From a virus (taxonomy: Duplodnaviria; Caudoviricetes): DNA of 64,000 nt. Shown piece by piece: positions 9,618 to 18,978 of this stretch. Under the pieces are notes generated by a model. It searched no databases and was not told where the DNA came from. It saw only the letters and a program-made list of their open reading frames with translations. The stretch's first letter is position 1. Each line of letters opens with the position of its first letter. The stretch is from positions 32,001-96,000 of IMG/VR virus record IMGVR_UViG_3300035498_000621. One strand, written 5' to 3'. Position numbers and translations under genes: made by a program.

Positions 9618-11816
9618 ATGCAAAACATAACAAAAAGAGATGGAACAATAGTTCCTTTTGATAAAAACAAAATTATTAATGCACTTAAAAAAGCTTTTTC
9701 AGCTTGCGCATATACTATTTCAGATGATATTATAGAAAAGATAACTTCTGAAGTAAGAATTTGGGATGATATATCTGTAGAAGATATACAAGATCAATTA
9801 GAAGAACTTCTAATGGATTATGATTATTCTCAAGTTGCTAAAGAATTTATTTTGTATAGAGCAAAACGAACTGCAATTCGTAATCAAGAATCTAAACTTA
9901 TTAAAGGAATTTCTGAAAAATTAGAAGCTAAATCAGTTGAAAATCAAAATGCTAATGTAGATGAATATTCTTTTGGGGGTAGAATTGGTGAAGCTAGTCG
10001 TCTTGTAAATAAAGAATATGCTTTAAATTATTGTATGTCTGAAATGGCTAAAAATAATCATTTAAATAATGAAATTTATATTCATGATTTAGATTCTTAT
10101 GCCGTCGGGATGCATAATTGTTTAAGTATTCCTTTAGATAAACTTCTTAAAGAAGGATTTACAACTCGACAAGCAGATATTCGCCCAGCATCTACTGTTA
10201 ATACAGCAATGCAATTGTGTGCTGTTATTATGCAATTACAATCTCTTTGTCAATTTGGTGGAGTTTCTTATACACATTTAGATTGGTCTTTAGTACCATA
10301 TGTACGTAAATCTTTTTATAAACATTTTAAGGATGGTTTAAAATGGCTTGAAAAAATTGAATTAGAAAATCAATTAGAAAATCCTGAAGAAGTTTCTGTA
10401 AATTCTGAATTTTATACAAAACATTCTACAGCATATGAATATGCTATAGAAATGACTCGTAAAGAAATTAATCAAGGAGCAGAAGCTTTATATCATAATC
10501 TTGGAACTTTACAAAGTCGTTCTGGTGATCAATTGCCATTTAGTTCTATAAATTATGGAACTTGTACATTAACAGAAGGAAGATGGGTTATTGAAGCATT
10601 ATTAATGGCTTCTATTAATGGAATTGGTAATTTTCATAAAACTCCTATTTTTCCTTGTTCTATATTCCAACTTAAATCTGGAATAAATCGTAAACCTGGC
10701 GATAAAAATTATGATTTATATCGTTTGGCTTTAAAATCTACTGCTCAAAGACTTTATCCTAATTATGCTAATGTTGATTGGAGTGGTAATAAAGGATATG
10801 ACATTGATAATCCTTGTACATATTTTTCTACAATGGGTTGTAGAACAGCAAATGGAATGGATATTAATGGATTTGGTCAACTTAAAGATGGTCGTGGCAA
10901 TATTTGTCCAGTAACTATTATTTTACCTACATTAGCTATGGAAGTAAAAGAAAAATTAGGAAAAACTATTGCATCATCTTTAAATGATACTTTAATATCT
11001 GAATTTATTGAATTACTTGATACTAAAATTTATGAAGCTAAAGATATGTTAATTGAACGCTTTAATTGGATTTGTAAACAATCTCCTAAATCTGCTAGAT
11101 TTATGTGGGATAATGGTACAATGGCGGGATATGATGGTAAAAACATTTCTAGCGCTTTAAAACATGGTACTCTTGCAATTGGACAATTAGGTTTAGCTGA
11201 AGCTTTACAACTTTTAATTGGTTGTGATCATACTGATGAAAAAGGAATGGAATTAGCTAAAAGAATTGAACAACTATTTAAAGATAGATGTTCACAATTT
11301 AAAGAAAAATATAAGCTTAATTTTGGTGTATATTATACACCTGCTGAAAATCTTTGTTATACAGCTTTAAAGAAATTTAGAGAAAAGTATGGAGTAATTC
11401 CTGATGTTTCTGATAAAGAATTTTTTACTAATTCTATGCATGTTCCTGTATGGAAAAATGTAAGAATTAAAGAAAAAATTGATATAGAATCTCAATTAAC
11501 AGGATATTCTAATGCTGGATGTATTACTTATATTGAACTTCCGGAAACAGCTAAACATAATTTAGATGCTTTGGAAGAAATTGTTAATTATGCAATGGAT
11601 AAGGATATTCCTTATTTTGCAATTAATCTTCCAAATGATACTTGTGACAATTGTGGATATCAAGATGAAATAGGCAATAATTGTCCTATGTGTGGTAGTT
11701 CTAATATTAAAAGACTTCGTAGAGTAACTGGTTATTTAACTGGAGATTATAAATCTGCATTTAATTTAGGAAAACAACAAGAAGTCGAAATGAGAGTTAA
11801 ACATGCAAGTAATTAA
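9618..11816 (+). CDS. nrdD: Anaerobic (class III) ribonucleoside-triphosphate reductase with ATP cone
   Basis: ATP cone (ITKRDG), YIHDLD, MGCR, YTPAE, CxxC..CxxC and RRVTGYL glycyl-radical motif. Confidence 0.97.
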   Translation: MQNITKRDGTIVPFDKNKIINALKKAFSACAYTISDDIIEKITSEVRIWDDISVEDIQDQLEELLMDYDYSQVAKEFILYRAKRTAIRNQESKLIKGISEKLEAKSVENQNANVDEYSFGGRIGEASRLVNKEYALNYCMSEMAKNNHLNNEIYIHDLDSYAVGMHNCLSIPLDKLLKEGFTTRQADIRPASTVNTAMQLCAVIMQLQSLCQFGGVSYTHLDWSLVPYVRKSFYKHFKDGLKWLEKIELENQLENPEEVSVNSEFYTKHSTAYEYAIEMTRKEINQGAEALYHNLGTLQSRSGDQLPFSSINYGTCTLTEGRWVIEALLMASINGIGNFHKTPIFPCSIFQLKSGINRKPGDKNYDLYRLALKSTAQRLYPNYANVDWSGNKGYDIDNPCTYFSTMGCRTANGMDINGFGQLKDGRGNICPVTIILPTLAMEVKEKLGKTIASSLNDTLISEFIELLDTKIYEAKDMLIERFNWICKQSPKSARFMWDNGTMAGYDGKNISSALKHGTLAIGQLGLAEALQLLIGCDHTDEKGMELAKRIEQLFKDRCSQFKEKYKLNFGVYYTPAENLCYTALKKFREKYGVIPDVSDKEFFTNSMHVPVWKNVRIKEKIDIESQLTGYSNAGCITYIELPETAKHNLDALEEIVNYAMDKDIPYFAINLPNDTCDNCGYQDEIGNNCPMCGSSNIKRLRRVTGYLTGDYKSAFNLGKQQEVEMRVKHASN

Positions 11817-12312
11817 AATAATTCCAGATACAGTAGTGGATGGTCCTGGATTAAGGACCTCCATTTACTTTGCTGGATGTTCACATCAATGTAAAGGATG
11901 TCATAATCCTGAATCTTGGGATTTTGATCAAGGAATGAAATATTCAGCAGATGAATTATATGATTTACTTTCAAAAACGGGAAATTCAAAAGTTACTTTA
12001 ACCGGAGGAGATCCTTTATATCAAAATATTGTAGAATTACATAAATTTTTATGGTTATTAAAAAATAGTCCTATAACTCATAATTTAGTATATAATGTAT
12101 GGTTATATACAGGATATACTTGGGAAGAACTAATTCATTCACCTAGAAATAGCCATCTTTTACAATATATTGATGTAATAGTTGATGGTATGTTTAAAGA
12201 AGAACTTAAAGATCTATCTTTAAAATTTAGAGGATCATCTAATCAAAGAATTATAGATGTTCAAAATTCTTTAAAACAAAATAAAATTATATTATATAAT
12301 GGACGAAAATAA
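11803..12312 (+). CDS. nrdG: Anaerobic RNR activating radical-SAM protein
   Basis: VDGPGLR, CxxxCxxC, TGGDP and FRGSSNQR motifs. Confidence 0.95.
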   Translation: MQVIKIIPDTVVDGPGLRTSIYFAGCSHQCKGCHNPESWDFDQGMKYSADELYDLLSKTGNSKVTLTGGDPLYQNIVELHKFLWLLKNSPITHNLVYNVWLYTGYTWEELIHSPRNSHLLQYIDVIVDGMFKEELKDLSLKFRGSSNQRIIDVQNSLKQNKIILYNGRK

Positions 12313-12613
12313 TCTAATTTCATTGCTTAGTATTTTAGTTAAAGCTCCATCATTAATTCTTAATATTAATGATAATGTTTTTAAAACTGAATTTGGCATA
12401 ATAGAACGAGAAGATTCAACTTTAGTAAAAATTACTCTTCACAATGGTATTGTAATTTCAGTATATACACATGAAAATAAAGATACTATTGATAATTTAT
12501 TTGATCAAATTCGAAAATCTGCTGAAGAATTTGGTATTTATATTCTTGAAGATAAATTGAAGAAATGTTATGACGTCCTTGGCAATTCTGTTAATAATAA
12601 TCAGTCTGAGTAA
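12299..12613 (+). CDS. Hypothetical protein
   Basis: ORF overlapping the end of nrdG. Confidence 0.65.
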   Translation: MDENNLISLLSILVKAPSLILNINDNVFKTEFGIIEREDSTLVKITLHNGIVISVYTHENKDTIDNLFDQIRKSAEEFGIYILEDKLKKCYDVLGNSVNNNQSE

Positions 12614-12761
12614 GTTATTATTATCTATAATTATTCCTGAAGATGATATTTATCCTTCAATTTCATTACCTATATCATATCAAAAATATGTATTTTTAAT
12701 AAGAAATTTATTATTTTTTGATGGATTTATTGGACTTATTTGTGGTTTATATATATTATGA
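12570..12761 (+). CDS. Small membrane protein
   Basis: Two hydrophobic segments. Confidence 0.5.
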   Translation: MTSLAILLIIISLSKLLLSIIIPEDDIYPSISLPISYQKYVFLIRNLLFFDGFIGLICGLYIL

Positions 12762-13027
12762 TAACAGACGTATATATTGTTTATAATGACACATCATTCA
12801 TAAAGAAATTTGGAGATACTTCATTGAAAGTATCTCCATTTTTTCATTTTATAGATGAAACTACTAGACAAGGTAAAAAAGAAGCTTTTGCTTTAAAAGG
12901 ACATTGGGGTACTCGAATGACTCCGTTTATAATATGTTTTGATAAAGAAACTCCAGTTAAAGCATTTTATTCAGAAACTGGAGAAAATATTATTCAATCT
13001 TTAATTGATTATTTAAATGCTGATTAA
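12758..13027 (+). CDS. Hypothetical protein, possible thioredoxin-like fold
   Basis: ATG at 12758 overlaps the upstream stop; 'GTRMTPFII' resembles a cis-Pro loop. Confidence 0.5.
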   Translation: MITDVYIVYNDTSFIKKFGDTSLKVSPFFHFIDETTRQGKKEAFALKGHWGTRMTPFIICFDKETPVKAFYSETGENIIQSLIDYLNAD

Positions 13028-13241
13028 TTTAATAGGTTGGGTAGCAACTATTTTTAGAGGTTGGGGAATGTTATGTAAAAAAGCAACTACTGTTAAATAT
13101 TTAGTAAGTATTGGAAACTTATTTTGGATGATTAATGGTATTTTTACATATAACATTCCTCTTATAGTTAGTAATGCTTTTTGTTTAATAGTTATGCTTT
13201 ATGAAATAATTATTGGATTATGGAAGAAAAAGCAAACTTAA
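13017..13241 (+). CDS. Small three-helix membrane protein (PQ-loop/YgjV-like)
   Basis: LIGWVAT...IGNLFWMING...PLIVSN pattern. Confidence 0.55.
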   Translation: MLINLIGWVATIFRGWGMLCKKATTVKYLVSIGNLFWMINGIFTYNIPLIVSNAFCLIVMLYEIIIGLWKKKQT

Positions 13242-13402
13242 AATACAAAGTAGATATTTTTAATGAAAATCCAATTATTTATGGTATTTTTAGAACATAT
13301 GATGATTTAAATTGGGAAGTACTTAAAGTATCTACAGATTTTAAACAAATACAACAAGAAGTTAAATATCTTAATTTATTACCTATATATTATGGTAAAT
13401 AA
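13220..13402 (+). CDS. Hypothetical protein
   Basis: ORF tiling between its neighbours. Confidence 0.6.
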   Translation: MEEKANLKYKVDIFNENPIIYGIFRTYDDLNWEVLKVSTDFKQIQQEVKYLNLLPIYYGK

Positions 13403-14117
13403 AATTTTATTTATTGGAGATATACATGGCAGATTAATTTGGAAAGATATTATAGAAAAAGAAAATCCAGACTTAACAATCTTTTTAGGAGATTATGTAA
13501 GTACACATGAAGGAATTTCAGCTAATCAACAATTATCTAATTTAGAAGATATTCTAAATTATAAAAAAGATAATATTGATAAGGTTATTTTACTTAGAGG
13601 CAATCACGATTGCCAAATGCTAGGCTATTCTTGGGCTGAATGTTCAGGATATGATCCAGAAGTATTTAAATATATGTCAGAAAGTTCTTTTAGAGAACGT
13701 TTTTTAAAATTTACTCAATGGGTTTATTTAATTCCTGATACTAATATTATTTGTTCACACGCTGGAATATCTACTAAATTTCTAGAAAATGTAAATAATT
13801 ATAAAATATTTCCAAAAGAATGGAGAAATAATCCAAATATAATTAATTATATTAAACCTTGTGAATTATTTGGATTTACTCCTTGTAAATTAAGTGATTA
13901 TACTGGAATTTCAGCAACTCAACCATGTACATGGATAAGACCTCAAGCACTAATTGAATATGGTATTCCTTATTATATTCAAATAGTTGGACATACTCCA
14001 GTAAAAGAAATAACTAATATTACAAATGATAATATTAATATTTGGTTATGTGATTGTTTAGATAATAAACAATATTTAATATTAGAAAATGGAGAATTTA
14101 AATCATATAAATTTTAA
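13392..14117 (+). CDS. Calcineurin-like metallophosphoesterase
   Basis: GDIHG, GDYV, GNHD, SHAG and GHT motifs. Confidence 0.9.
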   Translation: MVNKILFIGDIHGRLIWKDIIEKENPDLTIFLGDYVSTHEGISANQQLSNLEDILNYKKDNIDKVILLRGNHDCQMLGYSWAECSGYDPEVFKYMSESSFRERFLKFTQWVYLIPDTNIICSHAGISTKFLENVNNYKIFPKEWRNNPNIINYIKPCELFGFTPCKLSDYTGISATQPCTWIRPQALIEYGIPYYIQIVGHTPVKEITNITNDNINIWLCDCLDNKQYLILENGEFKSYKF

Positions 14118-14718
14118 TGATATATCTAGAACTTATCATAGATGTATGCAAGAAATTAAAAATCAAGTAGATAATTATAATTTTATAAAAAATAATTTAA
14201 ATTCTATGGTATCTGTAAATGTAATTAATAATTCAGAAAATCAACTTCCTAAGTATGAAACAGATGAAGCAGCAGGTCTTGATTTGAGAGCTAGTTTTAA
14301 ATATATTACACCTGATAATCCAATTAAATTATTTGGAGATGGTGAAATTATTTTTGCTGGAGAAGGTCATCAAAAGACTATGTTGAGACTTGAACCAGGA
14401 AGTCGAGCTATTATTCCTACTGATTTGTTTGTGGCTATTCCTAAAGGCTATTTTTGTGCTATTTATCCTCGAAGCGGTCTTGCAATTAAGAAAGCTCTTT
14501 CATTGGTTAATAGTGTTGGAGTTTTAGATTCTGATTATAGAGGTAATATGGGAATTCCTGTTATTAATCATGGTTTTGAAACTATTTGGATTGAAGATGG
14601 AGAGCGTATTGCACAAATGATTGTTCAACCATACACTAAAATCGAATGGAATGAAGTAAAAAATCTAGATGAAACATCTCGTAATTCTAATGGTTTTGGC
14701 ACAACTGGTTCAAAATGA
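14089..14718 (+). CDS. dut: Trimeric dUTPase
   Basis: AGLDL, PRSGLA, GVLDSDYRG, RIAQ and R..GFGTTG motifs; start may be 14146 or 14206. Confidence 0.95.
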   Translation: MENLNHINFNDISRTYHRCMQEIKNQVDNYNFIKNNLNSMVSVNVINNSENQLPKYETDEAAGLDLRASFKYITPDNPIKLFGDGEIIFAGEGHQKTMLRLEPGSRAIIPTDLFVAIPKGYFCAIYPRSGLAIKKALSLVNSVGVLDSDYRGNMGIPVINHGFETIWIEDGERIAQMIVQPYTKIEWNEVKNLDETSRNSNGFGTTGSK

Positions 14719-14849
14719 TAAACTTTCAATTTGAAGTACAAACTGAATCTGGAAAAAGATTATCTAAAGTCATTAAAGCTCATGATATAGATTCAGCATA
14801 TGATCAAATTTATGATATGTATCCTAATTCTTATATTGAATTAATATGA
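14715..14849 (+). CDS. Small hypothetical protein (44 aa, not in the ORF track)
   Basis: MINFQFEVQTESGKRLSKVIKAHDIDSAYDQIYDMYPNSYIELI with ATGA overlaps at both ends. Confidence 0.6.
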   Translation: MINFQFEVQTESGKRLSKVIKAHDIDSAYDQIYDMYPNSYIELI

Positions 14850-15061
14850 CAGTAGAAGAAAAAGCAAAAGAAATTTTGTATAATATTTATATTTATATGG
14901 GAAAATGTCCAAAAAATAACAATGATGACTATTCTCATATTTTATTTATGTTGAATGAAGGTATTCAACCAGACGAACTTTATAATTGTCTTGTAAGAAA
15001 TTATCATAAACATTATAATTTTATTAAATTAAATTCTGGATTTAAAAGTTACGATTGGTAA
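14846..15061 (+). CDS. Hypothetical protein
   Basis: ORF in operon. Confidence 0.6.
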   Translation: MTVEEKAKEILYNIYIYMGKCPKNNNDDYSHILFMLNEGIQPDELYNCLVRNYHKHYNFIKLNSGFKSYDW

Positions 15062-15444
15062 TGGGACTTGATATTTATTTTGAAAAAGTTAAAAGAACTG
15101 AAGTAGGATATTTTAGAAAAATTAATTTTCTAGTTAAATATTTTGAAACTTTAGGGTTTAATGGCGGAAATCTAGAACCATTTAATATTAAAAAAGAATA
15201 TATTATTACACTTAAAGATAAATGTAAATATATTCTAAAAGCTAATGAACTTTTTGATGATATTAAAGAAGAAGCAGAAAAAGTACTTCCTAATACTAGT
15301 GGATTTTGTTTTGGAAGTACTGATTATGATGAATATTATTTAAAAGATATTCAAGAAGTTTATGATTATTGTAATGATACACTTATTCCATTATTTGATA
15401 CATTAGGACCAAATGAAACAATACAATTTAAAATTTGGTATTAA
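15061..15444 (+). CDS. Conserved phage hypothetical protein ('MGLDIY' family)
   Basis: MGLDIYF..YFRK..LP..SGFCFGSTDYDEYY motif. Confidence 0.75.
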   Translation: MGLDIYFEKVKRTEVGYFRKINFLVKYFETLGFNGGNLEPFNIKKEYIITLKDKCKYILKANELFDDIKEEAEKVLPNTSGFCFGSTDYDEYYLKDIQEVYDYCNDTLIPLFDTLGPNETIQFKIWY

Positions 15445-15446
15445 TT

Positions 15447-15785
15447 ATGAATAATAAATTAAATTCTTTAGTAAACGAATATCGTAAATTGGTAAATAGT
15501 TCTAATGATACTTTAACTTTAGATAATGAATTAGAAGAAAAAATAGACAATATATATGATGAAATCTATAATCTAATTTGTGATTCTAAAGATAAATTTA
15601 AATTAAAGTTTTCAGGTGAATTTACTTCAAAAATTTGTAATATTTCTGATAAAGATAGATTAATTGATTTTTTATATGAAGGTGGAAAAATTGATGATTT
15701 TATCTTATATGAATTACGAAATGACATTTTAGATGTAATTGGCGGTGTTAGTAATTTTAAAATTGAATTTACAAATGAATGTTGA
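15447..15785 (+). CDS. Hypothetical protein
   Basis: ORF with ATG at 15447. Confidence 0.65.
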   Translation: MNNKLNSLVNEYRKLVNSSNDTLTLDNELEEKIDNIYDEIYNLICDSKDKFKLKFSGEFTSKICNISDKDRLIDFLYEGGKIDDFILYELRNDILDVIGGVSNFKIEFTNEC

Positions 15786-16101
15786 TAAAATTAAAGAATT
15801 AGCTAAACGACATAAACAACTTATTGATAGTAATAATTATGATGAAAAAGAACTTGATACTATTTGTGATGAAATTGAGTTTCTTTTAAAATCATGTAAT
15901 GATTATGTATCAATTCGTAAAGACATTTTCTTCAATAATTTAGATAGTTATAATTGGCTTGTAGAGTCAATTATTGATGAGCCTGAAAGAACTCCTCAAT
16001 CTATACTTGTTGAAGATATTAAACTTGACCCTACAAATTATTTAACAGTTTTTGATTCTACTATTTTAGTTAAAGACGAACATGGAAAAGAAATTAAATG
16101 A
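15775..16101 (+). CDS. Hypothetical protein (possible paralog of the upstream gene)
   Basis: ATG at 15775; N-terminus resembles that of the 15447 ORF. Confidence 0.6.
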   Translation: MNVDKIKELAKRHKQLIDSNNYDEKELDTICDEIEFLLKSCNDYVSIRKDIFFNNLDSYNWLVESIIDEPERTPQSILVEDIKLDPTNYLTVFDSTILVKDEHGKEIK

Positions 16102-16393
16102 AGCACATTTCCAAAAACTTATAATGGAAAGACAACAACAAACTAATAGTCTAGATAAATTGAGTGATTATGGTTTGGATTTATGGGATAGTAAAATAAT
16201 AGAATATGGAAATAAATTATTTGATGAAATCTTAGGTCTTTATTTTACTGATGAAGGAGCTGAATGGATTTTTTGGTGGCTTTATGAAAAGAATGGAAAT
16301 TCTAATATTAATTGTTTTGATAGCGACCACAATGAAATTCCTACAGAAACTATACATGATCTTTGGCAAATAGTTAAAAATTATTTGAGATAA
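16082..16393 (+). CDS. Hypothetical protein
   Basis: WIFWWLYE...I.DLW motif typical of small phage proteins. Confidence 0.7.
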   Translation: MEKKLNEAHFQKLIMERQQQTNSLDKLSDYGLDLWDSKIIEYGNKLFDEILGLYFTDEGAEWIFWWLYEKNGNSNINCFDSDHNEIPTETIHDLWQIVKNYLR

Positions 16394-16403
16394 ATTATTA
16401 TTA

Positions 16404-16443
16404 ATATGGGCAGGATTAAATAATTCTGCCCTATTATTTATTT
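16404..16443 (+). terminator. Stem-loop, possible terminator or processing site
   Basis: GGGCAGGATT-AAAT-AATTCTGCCC followed by an AT-rich tract. Confidence 0.5.
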
Positions 16444-16446
16444 AAT

Positions 16447-17649
16447 ATGATAAAATATCTTCTTGGAAAAAGTAGTACTGGTAAATTTCGTTGGTGGACT
16501 TGTGAATGTGATGAAACAAATTATGGTGTACAAGGTTATGTAATAAAACGTAAATATGGACAAGTTAATGGAAAAGAAACTAATGGTCCTACCATATTTG
16601 TATCACATGGAAAAGCTAAACGAACAACTTATGAACAATTAGTGCTACAATTTAATAGTGAAGTTAAAAAACAATTAGATAAAGGCTATAAAGAAGTTCC
16701 TAAACATCCTAATGAATATACAGAAAAAGAACTTCAAGAAATCTATGGAGATATTAAAACAAGAGGAGAAGGTATTATTAAACCAATGTTGGCTAAACAA
16801 GCTGATAAAGTAGCTGCTAAAACTTTTGATAAAGAATATTACGGAAGTCGAAAAGTAAATGGGGTTAGATGTCTTATTTACTGTAATAATGGTAAAATTA
16901 AAACAGCTTCTAGAGGAGCTACTAATTATGATATAGCTATTTTGCATATTATTCAACATCCTCTAATAGAAACATTCTTTAAAAATCATCCAGATGCTAT
17001 TTTAGACGGAGAAGTTTATAAACATGGATTAACTTTGAATAAAATTAGCGGAATTTGTAGATCTCAGTCTACAGTTGATGATGGAAAAGACCTTGAATTT
17101 TATTGGTATGATATAGTCGATTTGGAACACTCTTTTACTGAAAGATATAAACTAATGAAAGAATGGTCTAAAGAGCTTCAGCTGTCTGAATTTAATCCAT
17201 ATAGACATTTTTCTGATGAAGAACTACATATTCAATTTCTACCACAAGTTGAAATTTCTGGTTATGATAATATGAAAAAACTTCATGATGAATATGTATC
17301 TGAAGGTTGGGAAGGTCTAGTAATACGATTAGCTTCTTCTGTTTATAAACCAGGTGCTCGTGGAAATGATTGGATAAAAATAAAAGTTTATAAGGATTCA
17401 GAATATCCTATTGTTGGTTTATCTGAAGGTCTCAGAGAAGAAGATATGTGTTTTATTCTAGAAACTCCTAATGGTCAACGATTTAATTGTAAACCAATGG
17501 GAGATAGAGAACAAAAACAATGGTATAGAGAACATATTAATGAACTGATAGGTAAAATGTTAACTATTAAATATTTCGAAATGTCCGGAGTAGAAGGTTC
17601 TGATGTTCCTCAACAACCTATTGGTATTTGTATTAGAGATTATGAATAA
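16447..17649 (+). CDS. ATP-dependent DNA ligase
   Basis: KPMLA, KVNGVR (motif I), LDGEVY, EGLVIR and KIK motifs. Confidence 0.92.
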   Translation: MIKYLLGKSSTGKFRWWTCECDETNYGVQGYVIKRKYGQVNGKETNGPTIFVSHGKAKRTTYEQLVLQFNSEVKKQLDKGYKEVPKHPNEYTEKELQEIYGDIKTRGEGIIKPMLAKQADKVAAKTFDKEYYGSRKVNGVRCLIYCNNGKIKTASRGATNYDIAILHIIQHPLIETFFKNHPDAILDGEVYKHGLTLNKISGICRSQSTVDDGKDLEFYWYDIVDLEHSFTERYKLMKEWSKELQLSEFNPYRHFSDEELHIQFLPQVEISGYDNMKKLHDEYVSEGWEGLVIRLASSVYKPGARGNDWIKIKVYKDSEYPIVGLSEGLREEDMCFILETPNGQRFNCKPMGDREQKQWYREHINELIGKMLTIKYFEMSGVEGSDVPQQPIGICIRDYE

Positions 17650-17696
17650 ATATTATGATTTATCAATTAAAATTATAATTATTTTTAACAAATAAT

Positions 17697-18050
17697 ATGA
17701 AATTACCAAAATCATTTGTAATACATGGACATACTATTACAGTTAATATAGTAGAGTTTTGTGATGATCCATCTGTATTTGGTACTTATAATGATGTTAC
17801 TGAAGAAATAACTATTGCTACCAAAATTATGGATGGCACTAAAATACATGAATTGAGTCAAATACAAATAGAACATACATTTTTACACGAATTGATTCAT
17901 TGTTTTCAATTTCATGTAAAAGGAGAATTTGATGAAGGAGAAGCACAAGCTTATTCTGGATTACTTATTGAATTTTTTAAAACTAGTGGAATTAAAATAG
18001 ATCCTAATGTTATTAACGAACCAATTAATAATGACAATGAATACATTTGA
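17697..18050 (+). CDS. Zincin-like metallopeptidase
   Basis: TFLHELIH (HExxH) with a downstream E. Confidence 0.65.
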   Translation: MKLPKSFVIHGHTITVNIVEFCDDPSVFGTYNDVTEEITIATKIMDGTKIHELSQIQIEHTFLHELIHCFQFHVKGEFDEGEAQAYSGLLIEFFKTSGIKIDPNVINEPINNDNEYI

Positions 18051-18246
18051 TTTTCAAGAAGCACTATCTTATATTAAAGCAGGTTTGAGCGTATCTATTA
18101 ATATTGATAATAGAAAAAGAACATATAAACTTAATGATAATGGGAATATTATTTGTATTCCTAATGAAAAAGAATTTCTTTCTTATAAAGTAAAACATTT
18201 TCATATAGACGCAATTATGTCTAATGAATGGCAGCTATGTAATTAA
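18037..18246 (+). CDS. DUF2829/Tad2-like small protein
   Basis: FDFQEALSYIKAG N-terminus and IDAIMSNEWQL C-terminus resemble the DUF2829 consensus. Confidence 0.5.
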   Translation: MNTFDFQEALSYIKAGLSVSINIDNRKRTYKLNDNGNIICIPNEKEFLSYKVKHFHIDAIMSNEWQLCN

Positions 18247-18247
18247 A

Positions 18248-18976
18248 ATGTTAGAAATTAAAACATTAGCCGATTGGGCAAAAATTCTCAAAGAACTTGA
18301 TTTTCATTCTGAATCTTGCCAATTTTTAGATCAAGAATTAACTGGAATTGATTGGCATCATGATAATGAACATATTGTTCTTTATACTAATTATACTAAA
18401 GATTATTATGAGTTTCTAAAAAATCTTCCTGAAAATACAGAATTTACTCCTGATTGGAATAAATGTGAAGTAAGAAGTATTGAATTATATACTAAAGAAT
18501 TTGGCTATCCAGAAGGAAAAGTAGATTTTAGTGATAATTGGATTGGAAATATACTTCTTTCTTGTGATGATCCTTATGAAAATTTTAAAAGTCTTACTGT
18601 AGAGAATTTTCATAAAGCTTTATTAATGATTAGAAATCCTATTACAACTAAAAATGAAATAATTAAAGGATTTATTTCTGAAATGGATATTTTTCTTAAT
18701 AAACATAGTGAAATATTAAAGAAACTTGGGTTTAAAGAAAAAAGTAGTTCCATATTAAATGTAGGATCAGAAACTCATGAAACAGAACCTTGGATAGAAT
18801 ATATTAATGATAATGGTTATAATAATTTAATTATTAGTTATAATATATTTACAGATATTTTATATTATACTAAATACATAAAATCTAATAACGATTATCT
18901 TTGTTATCAAGTAAATGTTAATGATTTAACTTGTGAAGAATTTGAAAAGGAATTAACAGAATATTTAAATAATTAA
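18248..18976 (+). CDS. Hypothetical protein
   Basis: Long ORF; likely ATG at 18248. Confidence 0.7.
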   Translation: MLEIKTLADWAKILKELDFHSESCQFLDQELTGIDWHHDNEHIVLYTNYTKDYYEFLKNLPENTEFTPDWNKCEVRSIELYTKEFGYPEGKVDFSDNWIGNILLSCDDPYENFKSLTVENFHKALLMIRNPITTKNEIIKGFISEMDIFLNKHSEILKKLGFKEKSSSILNVGSETHETEPWIEYINDNGYNNLIISYNIFTDILYYTKYIKSNNDYLCYQVNVNDLTCEEFEKELTEYLNN

Positions 18977-18978
18977 AG

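Noticed and set aside
16849-16870. DNA ligase motif I reads KVNG instead of KxDG, suggesting inactivation
   Set aside because: The adenylated Lys and all other motifs are intact; KxNG variants occur in nucleotidyltransferases
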